Shown here piece after piece: positions 1 to 9,554 of a DNA stretch of 64,000 nucleotides. Position 1 is the first letter of the stretch; each line of letters starts with the position of its first letter. A program made the position numbers and the translations under genes. The stretch spans positions 62,001-126,000 of the IMG/VR virus record IMGVR_UViG_3300042402_002641, one strand, 5' to 3'. The notes beneath the pieces are model-generated. The model did not search any database. It saw only the letters and a list, made by a program, of their open reading frames with translations, and was not told the origin of the DNA.

Positions 1-993
1 ATTCTGATCAAAGACATGCGAGCTGGATTCGGTGAAAAGTCAGTGAACTCTGTGGCCAAGAAAGCCAAGAAGCCCGAATACGCTGTGCCTGTGTTTGAAG
101 TCATGTTGGCACATGATGGTGCTAATCATGAAGGCAAGATCACAGGAAAAAAATTGGTAGAACCCAAGCTAGACGGAGTTCGTGTGGTCACTGTGGTTGA
201 CTTTGAAAGCCGCACAGTTGTGATGTATACCCGCAACGGCAAAGAACTTGTGAACTTTCCGCATATTGTTAAGGCATTTGAAGACAACCTAGATAACTTT
301 GCTCGTAGCTATGTTTTCGACGGTGAAGTGGTATCTACATCGTTCCAGGCCTTGATGAAAGAAGTACATCGCAAAGAAAATGCGCAGGCACAGGATGCCC
401 GACTGATGCTGTTTGATGTGATCCCTTTGTCGGAGTTCAAACTGGGTGAGAGTGCTATGGGGCAACGGCGGCGCAGTGCATTCTTGCGTGAAAACTTTTC
501 CAAGATATTTGCAGACTCAGGCTGCATCGACATCATCGCACAACGTGAATTTGATCTAGATGTGTTCACTGATGAGATCGAGTTCCGTGACTACAACAAG
601 CAGATGGTCACAGAGGGCTTTGAGGGTATCATGATCAAAGATCCCAACGGCAAATGGGAAGGCAAACGCAGCGTGGCCTGGCTCAAACAAAAGCCCTTTA
701 TTGAAGTCAGCCTTGAAATCACAGCAGTAGAAGAAGGCACAGGCCGGAATGAGGGCAGGCTAGGTGCTGTAATCTGTGCAGGGCGAGATGATGGCAAAGA
801 CATTCGAGTTAATGTGGGTTCGGGTTTCACAGATAGCGATCGAAAGGAATACTGGGAAGCTCGAGACAGCCTTCCGGGTCAGGTCATAGAAGTACGTGCA
901 GATGCTGTGACACAGAATCAAGACGGCACCTACAGCCTACGCTTTCCACGCTTTATGCGATTCCGTGGATTCAAGACCGGTGAAAAGATCTAA
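1..993 (+). CDS. ATP-dependent DNA ligase (5' truncated by window edge)
   Basis: KxDGxR motif (EPKLDGVR), DGEVV, EGIMIK, WLKQK, OB-domain VGSGF and LRFPRF; frame open from base 1. Confidence 0.93.
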   Translation: MLIKDMRAGFGEKSVNSVAKKAKKPEYAVPVFEVMLAHDGANHEGKITGKKLVEPKLDGVRVVTVVDFESRTVVMYTRNGKELVNFPHIVKAFEDNLDNFARSYVFDGEVVSTSFQALMKEVHRKENAQAQDARLMLFDVIPLSEFKLGESAMGQRRRSAFLRENFSKIFADSGCIDIIAQREFDLDVFTDEIEFRDYNKQMVTEGFEGIMIKDPNGKWEGKRSVAWLKQKPFIEVSLEITAVEEGTGRNEGRLGAVICAGRDDGKDIRVNVGSGFTDSDRKEYWEARDSLPGQVIEVRADAVTQNQDGTYSLRFPRFMRFRGFKTGEKI

Positions 994-1008
994 TAATTAA
1001 ATAAGCAA

Positions 1009-1590
1009 ATGAAAATAGCCATAACAGGACACACCAAGGGTATAGGCAAGGCCTTGGCTGATGCATACCAACGTCGCGGCCATGAAATTGTTGGTCTGAG
1101 CCGAACCAAAGGATATAATATCTATAGTATACTTAAATGTGCCGATCTAATCGAGTCCTGCGATATGTTTATAAACAATGCACAAGCAGGTTTTGCACAA
1201 ACAGAACTTCTGTTTGAAATTGCCAAAAGGTGGCAAGATACTCACAAACATATTGTGAATATATCGTCTGTAATAACACAACGATATTCAAGTAATTATG
1301 CAGGCTTTGAAGAGGTGCCTCTGTATGAAGTAGAGTTGTACCGTGTGCAGAAAGTTGCACTGGAAGAGGCTGTTATCCGAATCCGTAATACTAGGACCAA
1401 CCTTAAGTTAACCTTGGTAAGGCCAAGCAAGACGATAGCGGGGGGTGAGCCCGCCGCATCGTGGGCTGCGGAGATTAATAATTGGGCAGAAACTCTCGTG
1501 AAAATTTTTGAGACAGCAGCAGCATGTGATCTCATGATTCCAGAAATTTCGCTGACATCAACAATCAAGATAGATGTTGCCCCGATCTAG
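1009..1590 (+). CDS. Short-chain dehydrogenase/reductase-like protein
   Basis: ITGHTKGIG, FINNA, IVNISS, YxxxK (YRVQK). Confidence 0.8.
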   Translation: MKIAITGHTKGIGKALADAYQRRGHEIVGLSRTKGYNIYSILKCADLIESCDMFINNAQAGFAQTELLFEIAKRWQDTHKHIVNISSVITQRYSSNYAGFEEVPLYEVELYRVQKVALEEAVIRIRNTRTNLKLTLVRPSKTIAGGEPAASWAAEINNWAETLVKIFETAAACDLMIPEISLTSTIKIDVAPI

Positions 1591-1620
1591 AAATTTTTTA
1601 TTATGTTGAAAAGGATTTAA

Positions 1621-1899
1621 ATGCAGAACAATCTACCCCCGATCGCAAACAATGAAGAAGAAGCAGAGATCGCTCAGATACAGACTCTGTTAAACAATCA
1701 AAACGCTGTGAGTGCTGTGCAACAGCGGCTGGCCCTACAGCGGCAGCAGCCTTCCGCAGAGTTCTGTGAAGAATGTGGTGAATCTATTCCTCAAGCTAGA
1801 CGCGAATTGGTGCCGGGAGTTCAGATGTGTGTGCCCTGCCAGACCCTGTCAGAAAGATTCAAAGCCAACTATCGACAGCCTGGTGCGAGCACAGAGTAG
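1621..1899 (+). CDS. TraR/DksA C4-type zinc finger protein
   Basis: CEECGESIPQARRELVPGVQMCVPCQ. Confidence 0.88.
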   Translation: MQNNLPPIANNEEEAEIAQIQTLLNNQNAVSAVQQRLALQRQQPSAEFCEECGESIPQARRELVPGVQMCVPCQTLSERFKANYRQPGASTE

Positions 1900-2425
1900 T
1901 AGCTGAGCTCCACAGATTTTCCGGGTCTTGTTCTAATAGCCATTCAGGACCTAGGTTCTGTGCTACCAACCATGAATGCTGTTTCTGCCAGGGGCCATTA
2001 CCGTTGAGTTCAGCTGAGAGTTGGCCCTGCGTCCATGCACAGTAGCCCATGACTATTCTAAAATGTCTAGGAGTGTCACCATCTGCAATGCTGTGAAACA
2101 TGCTTTCTGATGAAGTCATTGCCCAGGCTGAGCTGATTATAGCAGTGTCATCAGTGACCCAATCTGTGCTGTGCAACATCCATAGGCTGTTAGTGCTAAC
2201 AGGACCGCCCCAGTAAACAGGTATGTCTGGAGGATTGATCACATCAATGTTGCTGTTTTCTAACACATCTCGTAGAGTGTGCGTGGTCAGTCTGTTCACA
2301 CACAAAGCAAAGGATCCTGAATCATGTTCATGTGTGAGCATTAGTACAGCACGGCGGAATCTAGTGTCCGGCATGGCCGGTGGTGCTATCAGTAGATCAG
2401 TACCGGATACTGAGATCATGACCAA
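1859..2425 (-). CDS. YqgE/AlgH family protein
   Basis: LLIAPPAMPDTRFRRAVL, VYWGGPV, GYCAWTQGQLSAEL, SWLVA. Confidence 0.88.
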   Translation of the reverse strand: MVMISVSGTDLLIAPPAMPDTRFRRAVLMLTHEHDSGSFALCVNRLTTHTLRDVLENSNIDVINPPDIPVYWGGPVSTNSLWMLHSTDWVTDDTAIISSAWAMTSSESMFHSIADGDTPRHFRIVMGYCAWTQGQLSAELNGNGPWQKQHSWLVAQNLGPEWLLEQDPENLWSSATTLCSHQAVDSWL

Positions 2426-2922
2426 TCAGGCAGGGGACCACCGTACTTCTTGCCCTTGATCTTTTTGCCTTTGACCGTGGTTCTTTCGCTGCCAATTTTG
2501 TGTGACTTGTTGCCATGTCGACCACGATAGCCCTGACTCTTGCATGAAGCCAACTGACTGGCTCCTAGAGCGTTATTGGGCTTGCCGCTGGTGCAAAGAG
2601 CACGGCTGGCAGGTTCTTCATCTACCGCTGCTTCACTGACCTTGGCATCATCACTGCCACTTACACCGTACATGATCTCATCGTTCAAAGGAAAGTCTAG
2701 ATCTAGAAAACGCTCGGGCAGTTCTGCAGTGTCAATGATGTAGTCCAACTCATCATCTGTGGGATGCTGTTTCATCAACACCTTGGCAGCTTCATCATGC
2801 CCATCTGCACGTTCCCAGATGTTGACGTCATAGTGTGTTTGGTACAGATGTGCCACAGCATCCATGACCTTGTGATAATCGCAGGTGAATATGTTTTCTG
2901 TGACTATTTCTCGAATTTTCAT
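2416..2922 (-). CDS. Hypothetical protein
   Basis: 168-aa ORF, MKIREIV start, basic C-terminus; overlaps neighbours. Confidence 0.6.
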   Translation of the reverse strand: MKIREIVTENIFTCDYHKVMDAVAHLYQTHYDVNIWERADGHDEAAKVLMKQHPTDDELDYIIDTAELPERFLDLDFPLNDEIMYGVSGSDDAKVSEAAVDEEPASRALCTSGKPNNALGASQLASCKSQGYRGRHGNKSHKIGSERTTVKGKKIKGKKYGGPLPDWS

Positions 2923-3158
2923 GCTAATTTTGCTCCGATCATTATGCAGCTGACCAAGAGATTTTTTAGATCCATGTCGTCTGCTTCTGCATTTAATTTA
3001 TCCGATTGGATAAGGTCTGCCATCAGAGCCTGGTATTCTGACTGTGAAATCGCACCCTGTTCTGCGGCTTGAGTGATTTCCAGGGCCATCTGTGCTCGTT
3101 GTTCTGCCCATGGTCTGCCACAGGTTGATAAAAATTGCAGTTGTTCTATCATCACCAT
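2919..3158 (-). CDS. Hypothetical protein
   Basis: 79-aa ORF coupled to neighbours. Confidence 0.55.
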   Translation of the reverse strand: MVMIEQLQFLSTCGRPWAEQRAQMALEITQAAEQGAISQSEYQALMADLIQSDKLNAEADDMDLKNLLVSCIMIGAKLA

Positions 3159-3532
3159 CTCCCTAGTATGACCTTACTGGCCCGTTCCGCCTGCTGTAGC
3201 AACAGTTTCTTTTTGATTTCGCAATAGGCTCGAGACCCTTCTTTACGTGTCTGCCATTCTTTAACTGTGCTCTGCATGGGCTCTATCACACGTAACACAT
3301 CCCGCTGTAGACTGCCCTTGGCCTCACTGTACAGTTCAAATCTGCGTAGATCTTCTGCCAACACCTGGACCTGAGTCAGCTGTGGTTCTAGGCAGTTGAT
3401 GCGTTCCGCACTGAGTCTGGCTGTGATGATATAGGCTGATTGATTGTCGTCCCAGAATGATGGTACCCACGACTGTAGAGTCGTACAGCCCGATAACAGC
3501 ACAGTGAGAATAACGCTGGCAATGATTTTCAT
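3152..3532 (-). CDS. Putative lipoprotein
   Basis: MKIIASVILTVLLSGC lipobox; start at 3532 lies 5 nt after a TAAATA box. Confidence 0.7.
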   Translation of the reverse strand: MKIIASVILTVLLSGCTTLQSWVPSFWDDNQSAYIITARLSAERINCLEPQLTQVQVLAEDLRRFELYSEAKGSLQRDVLRVIEPMQSTVKEWQTRKEGSRAYCEIKKKLLLQQAERASKVILGRW

Positions 3533-3589
3533 ATAAGTATTTACTTCTTTGATTGACAAACACTGTGAACCAGTGTATAGTGGTATAAT

Positions 3590-4420
3590 ATGAAAAAATT
3601 GCTGACTGTGATGCTATTGATCTTTGCTGCTGGTGCAGAATCTGCAGTGAGTCTAGCTGTCTACAACATCACAGAAGAACGTTGGCAGCACAGCGAAAAT
3701 CTTAATCAAACCAGACCCTTGGCCAGCCTGACCAAGCTGATGACAGTGATGGTGAGTCTAGACTCAGATCAGGATCTAGATCGTGTGATACCCCTGCCGA
3801 CAGCCAGTCCAAGACTCACACAGGGCACCTACACCCGTAGAACCCTGATCACGGCGGTCTTGGTTAGATCAGACAACAGCGCAGCAGAAGCTCTGGCACA
3901 GGCATACCCTGGGGGCCGTAGACAGTTCATACGTGAGATGAACCATAGAGCACAGGCCTTGGGCATGATGAACACACAGTTCGTGGATGCCAGTGGGCTC
4001 AGCAGTCAAAACAGAAGCACAGCCCATGACGTGATCACCATGATCCGAGCCGCAGATCTATACCCTGTGATTTCAGAGATCAGCACCAAGACGCAGGCAG
4101 ATCTAGAAGCAGGTCAGGGTCGCAGATTGAGAACCATCAGGATTGAAAACACCAACGCTCCCGTGTTGATTGAGTTTGATGGCATCACTGTGAGCAAGAC
4201 TGGGTTCACAGGGGCAGCAGGATGGTGCATGGGTCTACTGGTGGTCAAGGGCAGAACCAGATCAGCTGTGGTAATTCTAGGTGCTGACACACAGAGTCAG
4301 AGATTCCGCAGCATCAAAGCGATCATGCTGAACCACATCGCAGACACAGCGCCAGAACCACCAAAACCTGCATCACCCGGAGATCTCATAAGATCATGGA
4401 TGTCTACATGGAACTATTAG
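3590..4420 (+). CDS. Peptidase S11 (D-Ala-D-Ala carboxy/endopeptidase, PBP7-like)
   Basis: Signal peptide; SxxK (ASLTK), SxN (SDN), KTG motifs; upstream TTGACA-17-TATAGT. Confidence 0.9.
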   Translation: MKKLLTVMLLIFAAGAESAVSLAVYNITEERWQHSENLNQTRPLASLTKLMTVMVSLDSDQDLDRVIPLPTASPRLTQGTYTRRTLITAVLVRSDNSAAEALAQAYPGGRRQFIREMNHRAQALGMMNTQFVDASGLSSQNRSTAHDVITMIRAADLYPVISEISTKTQADLEAGQGRRLRTIRIENTNAPVLIEFDGITVSKTGFTGAAGWCMGLLVVKGRTRSAVVILGADTQSQRFRSIKAIMLNHIADTAPEPPKPASPGDLIRSWMSTWNY

Positions 4421-4427
4421 AGTCATT

Positions 4428-4961
4428 ATGAATATCCAAGGCCACCGACTGCAGGTCTCACTGCCCTACTTCACCGTTGATCTAGGCACGCACACACAGG
4501 CTCTGGATCTCGCACGACAGGCTCTAGCGGAACTGCGAGTAGAAGCGCCAAGTATAACCAGCAATGTAGCTGCAGACTATGTCAGCCCCTATGACAGTCA
4601 CAGGCGTAACACAAAACTCATGCCTGTGTGCGAACTGGCCAGAAACTGCTGCGAATATCTCACAGAAACTGTGCTGGGCCAGCGTCTAGAACTGCGTGTG
4701 ATCAATTGCTGGGTAGCAGACTACGGACCAGGTGATTTCACACACAGGCATGATCATTGGCCCATGCTGTTCAGCTGTGTGATCTATCTAGACTGTGATC
4801 ATCTCAGTGCACCTTTGATACTGGCCAACAATCATGAAGTCCAAGCCGAAACGGGCAGGATGGTGATCTTTCCAGGATGGGTAGAACATGAAGTCCTGCC
4901 CACTGCCAGTGCTCGTAGCTGTGTGGCAATCAATCTTGCTGCCATGTGGGATCGAGGTTGA
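4428..4961 (+). CDS. 2OG-Fe(II) oxygenase-like protein (TIGR02466-like)
   Basis: HxH (HRHDH), FSCVIY, IFPGWVEHEV, R-x-x-x-A-x-N. Confidence 0.8.
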   Translation: MNIQGHRLQVSLPYFTVDLGTHTQALDLARQALAELRVEAPSITSNVAADYVSPYDSHRRNTKLMPVCELARNCCEYLTETVLGQRLELRVINCWVADYGPGDFTHRHDHWPMLFSCVIYLDCDHLSAPLILANNHEVQAETGRMVIFPGWVEHEVLPTASARSCVAINLAAMWDRG

Positions 4962-5015
4962 CACCGCAGAAGATTTGTAGTATACTAGTGTTTTAAACTC
5001 CAGCCAAGAGGCCGT

Positions 5016-5738
5016 ATGAAAATCCCGCTGATCACAGTGATCTTGTTGTTGACGCTAGTCAGCCCAGCACGGGCCCTAGACCCTGAACACCTAGAAAAAA
5101 CCTGGCAACAGGCCAGGGTCTATGAGCCAGGATCGTGGTGGCCTAGAACTGCAGCGTCATATCGCTCTGAGCAAAAATACCCCGTGATCCTTTACTTCCA
5201 CGGCTGCGGAGGTATCAGCAGCAACAACGACATTCAGTGGGCAGAGTTCTTCAAGAGCCTGGGCTATTTGACAGTGATGCCCGACAGTTTTGCTCAGCCA
5301 GGCAGGGTCAACGGCTGTGATTGGAGAGCTAGACAAAGAGAAAGCTTTGAGACAGCACAGGTGAGGCTGAGAGAAGTAGAATTGGCTCTGACACGCATAA
5401 GGCAAACTGGCTGGAGCACGGGTCAAGTATTCCTTATGGGACACAGCCAGGGCGCTTGGGCCATCAGTGCAGTTAACACCGCAGACATCTCCGGTGTGAT
5501 ACTGAGCTCAATGAAATGCCAACAGGTACAGATCAATCCCACTGTGCCTATACTGCGAATTGGATATGTCAATGATCCCTGGATGCCCGTGAGCATACCC
5601 GAGTGCGGTGATCATGTAGAGCATCCCAGCTATGCTAGACTGTTTGTTGCAGGTCGTGAACACGAAACTGCCTACAGTAGAGAACTGAAGACAGCAGTGC
5701 AAGCGTGGCTGCGACAGCGCACAAGGCAGAGTCAATAG
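5016..5738 (+). CDS. Secreted alpha/beta hydrolase (dienelactone hydrolase-like)
   Basis: Signal peptide, HGCGG, GHSQG nucleophile elbow. Confidence 0.8.
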   Translation: MKIPLITVILLLTLVSPARALDPEHLEKTWQQARVYEPGSWWPRTAASYRSEQKYPVILYFHGCGGISSNNDIQWAEFFKSLGYLTVMPDSFAQPGRVNGCDWRARQRESFETAQVRLREVELALTRIRQTGWSTGQVFLMGHSQGAWAISAVNTADISGVILSSMKCQQVQINPTVPILRIGYVNDPWMPVSIPECGDHVEHPSYARLFVAGREHETAYSRELKTAVQAWLRQRTRQSQ

Positions 5739-5899
5739 GCCGCGAAGCGGCAGCGGCGCGACAGATTCCGCGATCTAGTAGAAGAAAAACCATAAAACTA
5801 GGCAAAGAATCAGGACGACAGCAAGGCCTATGACAAAGTCTCGGCTGGTGATTTCAGGTAAAGGTGCTTCATACATATGTGTTATGTATCCGCCCAGCA

Positions 5900-6112
5900 T
5901 CACACATACTCTAGAAGTGGCTGTCTACGAAGTTCTGGATAGCGTAGTATAAACCATGCGTGATAGGCACGAGGCACCCAAAAGTCTATGCTGTCTGCAC
6001 GTATGCTCAGTGAGCCGCCCCAGCTTTGTACATCACGCCATATGGTCTCTTCATCGTAGTCCAGCGTAAGATAGGTGTGATAACGATAGCAGTAGAGAGT
6101 TATATCAAACAT
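5900..6112 (-). CDS. Small hypothetical protein
   Basis: 70 aa from ATG 6112; overlaps upstream ORF. Confidence 0.55.
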   Translation of the reverse strand: MFDITLYCYRYHTYLTLDYDEETIWRDVQSWGGSLSIRADSIDFWVPRAYHAWFILRYPELRRQPLLEYV

Positions 6113-6288
6113 AGTAGAAGATAGGTTTTGGGATCGCAGTCTATGAGCACAATGTAACGATCTTCCCATACAGTGCTAAAACCGTCCGAATAATCTGAAA
6201 GCAGGTGTATGATGCGTATGGGGTCGCCAGCAGAAATGCGATCATTCAGGCGTTCAAGTTGTGTGATATCATAGTCCAGAGTGTACAT
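6100..6288 (-). CDS. Small hypothetical protein
   Basis: TAAATA-N5-ATG start. Confidence 0.55.
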   Translation of the reverse strand: MYTLDYDITQLERLNDRISAGDPIRIIHLLSDYSDGFSTVWEDRYIVLIDCDPKTYLLLCLI

Positions 6289-6375
6289 CTACATATTTAC
6301 GTGCGCTGCGCGAGCTCTAGAGATCAGTTACTGAGCTAAGACTGCCATAAACAGGGGGTTGCAGTAAATATTACT

Positions 6376-6546
6376 ATGAGCACAGTGTATGCTATTCGCA
6401 GTGATTGGGACCGTGAGGGCGAACGCTTCACTGTGTTACGTCACAATCGTGTAGTGATTATCACACGCAGTAGACAGATAGTGCGTGAATGGTTTCCCCA
6501 GATGTGGATGGATACTAGATCGATTCCCGATGTGGTTCTAGTATAG
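6376..6546 (+). CDS. Small hypothetical protein (56 aa, below ORF-track cutoff)
   Basis: TAAATA(6365)-N5-ATG; MSTVYAIRSDWDREGERFTV... Confidence 0.5.
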   Translation: MSTVYAIRSDWDREGERFTVLRHNRVVIITRSRQIVREWFPQMWMDTRSIPDVVLV

Positions 6547-7143
6547 TGTATAGGCCCCGCTGCAATGGATTACACAGTGTGCATACATATGCGTTTGTAC
6601 ACATAAATGCTCAGTAAGTGTGATTTACTGACCCCCACAGTGCGTGTAGAGGCCGCTGCGCTGGCCGTGAGAGGCAGAATGGTGTGGTTCTGTGTGACAA
6701 AGTGCAATAAAGTGTGGAATTGTGTGACCATTTGAGCATAGCCTCTCCAACCACAGTGATCTCAAAAAATTTTTGCATGATTTCTAGTGTGGGACTCTGT
6801 GTTTTCGCACCGTTCGCCACCATTTTGTCACCAGATCCCACCGAGTCCCTGACCGCGTACGGTGAGTCTACGGTGGCCCCGCTGCGTGAGATTCATGTGC
6901 GCACTGTACTAAGCAGTGGGATCACAGCTATATACTAGTATGATCTCTACACTGGCTATGCTGCCTTTCATCTTCATACTCACACACATAGCTGTTCAAG
7001 GTGATTCATACACAGTGAGATACCAGGCTAGGATCTGTGTCTTCTGTTATCTTGCGATCGCTGTGGCATTTTGGCTATAGGCCCCGCTGCTAGATATACC
7101 AAAATGCATTGACAGTACAGGACTTTGACTGTATAATATACAC

Positions 7144-7461
7144 ATGCTTAAGAAAAAGCTGTTATCTAGGAGCAGAGAATCCGTGACATTACCAGATGAA
7201 AGATACCGTGCAGTGCGGCACACAGAACAGTTTCTTCAACGACTAGCGGCTGGGGAATATCCCCGTGTGGCCAAGGCAGTTCGTGATGAAGCTAGAGCAT
7301 TGCTGCGACACTATCCTAATGGTTATGACATGGATCGTGCAGCGCGAGCCTGTCCTGATGTGTTTGTGGAACGCTATGAAGATCTGCACAGATTCGTCTT
7401 GCAGGCCCGTCGACTAGCTCCCACTGACGGAGGGGAACAGCAGCAGGAGATCACAGACTAA
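7144..7461 (+). CDS. Hypothetical phage protein
   Basis: Follows TTGACA(7109)-17-TATAAT; TLPDERYRAV...LLRHYP. Confidence 0.65.
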   Translation: MLKKKLLSRSRESVTLPDERYRAVRHTEQFLQRLAAGEYPRVAKAVRDEARALLRHYPNGYDMDRAARACPDVFVERYEDLHRFVLQARRLAPTDGGEQQQEITD

Positions 7462-7472
7462 GCAACAGTTTA

Positions 7473-7550
<78 letters not shown>

Positions 7551-7570
7551 CAACGCAGCAGCACAGCAAT

Positions 7571-7646
7571 CTGACCGTAGTTCAGGGGATAGAACAACAG
7601 CCTTCTAAGCTGTGGGTCGCTGGTTCGATTCCAGCCGGTCAGGCCA
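7571..7646 (+). tRNA. tRNA-Arg(TCT), encoded CCA
   Basis: Acceptor CTGACCG/CGGTCAG, anticodon arm ACAGC-CTTCTAA-GCTGT, T arm GCTGG-TTCGATT-CCAGC. Confidence 0.92.
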
Positions 7647-7933
7647 TTACAGCAGCAACAGCAGCAGAGAGAACGCACAGTGTACCGGCATCCCAATCCC
7701 ATGGATCCTCTAGATCCCTTTAAACGTTGGTATCGCCAGCTATGGCCCCTGCAGCGTGTGGGAGTGTGGATCTGCGCAGCTGTAGTGGTGTGGGCACTGC
7801 TGCTGTGGGTCACCATCTAACAGCAGCAACAGCAGCAGGGGCAGAGCGCAGCGAGATATCTGAGGAACCCTAAGGGTTCAAGGGTCTTTACATTTTGGTT
7901 GACAGAATGGTGAAATGGTGCTATAATTATAAC

Positions 7934-8272
7934 ATGAACTTAGAAAAGCCCACTCGTAAAAAGCGTCAAGACCGTACTCATATCATCTATGAGCTACGTG
8001 TCAACGGACTGTCTTACATAGGCGTCACTGCCAAGACTGAGACTACTATTAATAAGAGTGTTCTTGCTCGTGCAGCCAAGCACTTCTACAGAGCCAAGAA
8101 AGAGAACAAGGACTGGCTCTTGTGCCGGGCTCTGCGCTCGCTGAACGACAAGAGCGAGATAGAAGTACTTGTTCACGAAACACTCAGAGGCAAGGCAGCG
8201 GCACACCGGCGTGAGGTGGCTCTGCGCCGTGAAATTAACCCTGCGCTGAACACGGATGTTCGCGGGGACTGA
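7934..8272 (+). CDS. GIY-YIG domain protein
   Basis: IIYEL...SYIGVT, conserved R, E, and LN; ATG 6 nt after the -10 box (leaderless). Confidence 0.65.
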   Translation: MNLEKPTRKKRQDRTHIIYELRVNGLSYIGVTAKTETTINKSVLARAAKHFYRAKKENKDWLLCRALRSLNDKSEIEVLVHETLRGKAAAHRREVALRREINPALNTDVRGD

Positions 8273-8328
8273 TTGACAGCACAGCAGATTGGCACTATAA
8301 TTAACACATACACACAAAGGAGCGAGCA

Positions 8329-8517
8329 ATGTCATTATTCGATCAAGACTACAAAGTCATACAGGGTCTACAGCAACGCCTGGGCGGGTTGGGTCTCCTA
8401 GAGACTCTGACCTACATAGAGTCCAACACTGCTGAGTTCTCACTGCAGGAACTTCGCAGCTTTTACCACATCATGAGCGAGATGCGTCAGCTGTTCGCGC
8501 CTGCAGAAGCTGGTTGA
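8329..8517 (+). CDS. Small early protein
   Basis: Own promoter and AAGGAGCGAG RBS. Confidence 0.7.
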   Translation: MSLFDQDYKVIQGLQQRLGGLGLLETLTYIESNTAEFSLQELRSFYHIMSEMRQLFAPAEAG

Positions 8518-8569
8518 CAGCGTTGCAGAATGGTGCTATAATACACACATGTTAACAAAGGAGCGAACG

Positions 8570-8839
8570 ATGTCAGCATTAGCAAAGTTTATAGAACAGA
8601 AGAATCACTGGAACAGCTTCTTCAAGGGCGAGCAATACGAGATCGCTACACAGGCAGGGCGTCAACGTGTAGCAGATATGATCGACTCTGCACTTAGCCC
8701 AGAGAACCTTACCTGCGATGGCGAGCTGCCCAGGTCAGAAGTACAGCGCCGCTACCGAGAGCTGATCACAGCTGCCAAGCAGTTGAAGAAGTTGGACCCT
8801 TCAGTTACATTCTACGAATACTCAGAGGAGATTGCATGA
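8570..8839 (+). CDS. Early hypothetical protein
   Basis: Own promoter, AAGGAGCGAA RBS before ATG 8570; LSPENLTCDGE motif. Confidence 0.75.
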   Translation: MSALAKFIEQKNHWNSFFKGEQYEIATQAGRQRVADMIDSALSPENLTCDGELPRSEVQRRYRELITAAKQLKKLDPSVTFYEYSEEIA

Positions 8840-8997
8840 GACCCTACGAGTGTTTTTATCGTAATCAACGTTGCTCTGTAATGGCTGAGTCCAGCTACAG
8901 CGCACAGCAGAAAGCAGCCACGATATTCAAGGCACGTAAAAGCCATGAAGTGAGTGTGGTTTTAGCAGATGTTGTGGTTGACACAGCAGCAGTTTGA
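8836..8997 (+). CDS. Small early protein (53 aa)
   Basis: GAGGAG RBS, ATGA overlap with upstream stop. Confidence 0.55.
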   Translation: MRPYECFYRNQRCSVMAESSYSAQQKAATIFKARKSHEVSVVLADVVVDTAAV

Positions 8998-9039
8998 GCA
9001 TATAATATACACTTACACACACTAATAGGAGCGACGACT

Positions 9040-9489
9040 ATGGGAACACGATCAAGAGTAGGTGTCATGCATGGCACAGTCTGCAAGAGTGTCTACTGTC
9101 ACTACGATGGCTATCTAGAGTACACAGGCAAGCTGCTGCTTGACCACTACAACTCAGCAACAGCCAACGAGTTGGTAGCACGTGGAGACAACAGTGGAGT
9201 TCAGAAGTCCCTCGAGGACATGAACTTCTACACGGATCGTGGCGAAACCAATGTCAGCTGGCAGGTTGCGCACACCTTTGAAGAGTTCCTTGAGCAGGTC
9301 CACAACTGCGGGGGCGAGTACTACTATATCATGCGTGATGGTGAGTGGTACGCTGGCTCAGTCTACGGTGCCAAGGGCTTGGTCATGAATGGGTTGGTTC
9401 CCCTAGCAGAAGCTGTTGCTGCCAACACCATTGAGCAATTGACTGCAGAAACAACAGAAACCCAGATAGCACAAGTGTTATTCAAATAG
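9040..9489 (+). CDS. Early hypothetical protein
   Basis: MGTRSRVG...SVYCHYDGY; promoter plus AGGAGCGA RBS. Confidence 0.75.
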   Translation: MGTRSRVGVMHGTVCKSVYCHYDGYLEYTGKLLLDHYNSATANELVARGDNSGVQKSLEDMNFYTDRGETNVSWQVAHTFEEFLEQVHNCGGEYYYIMRDGEWYAGSVYGAKGLVMNGLVPLAEAVAANTIEQLTAETTETQIAQVLFK

Positions 9490-9554
9490 GGGTTGACAAC
9501 AGCCCCAAATGGTCGTATAATACACACATGTTAAACACAAATAGGAGCGAAACT

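Noticed and set aside
2919-3532. Spanin pair
   Set aside because: A lipoprotein is present, but there is no adjacent inner-membrane partner, holin or endolysin.
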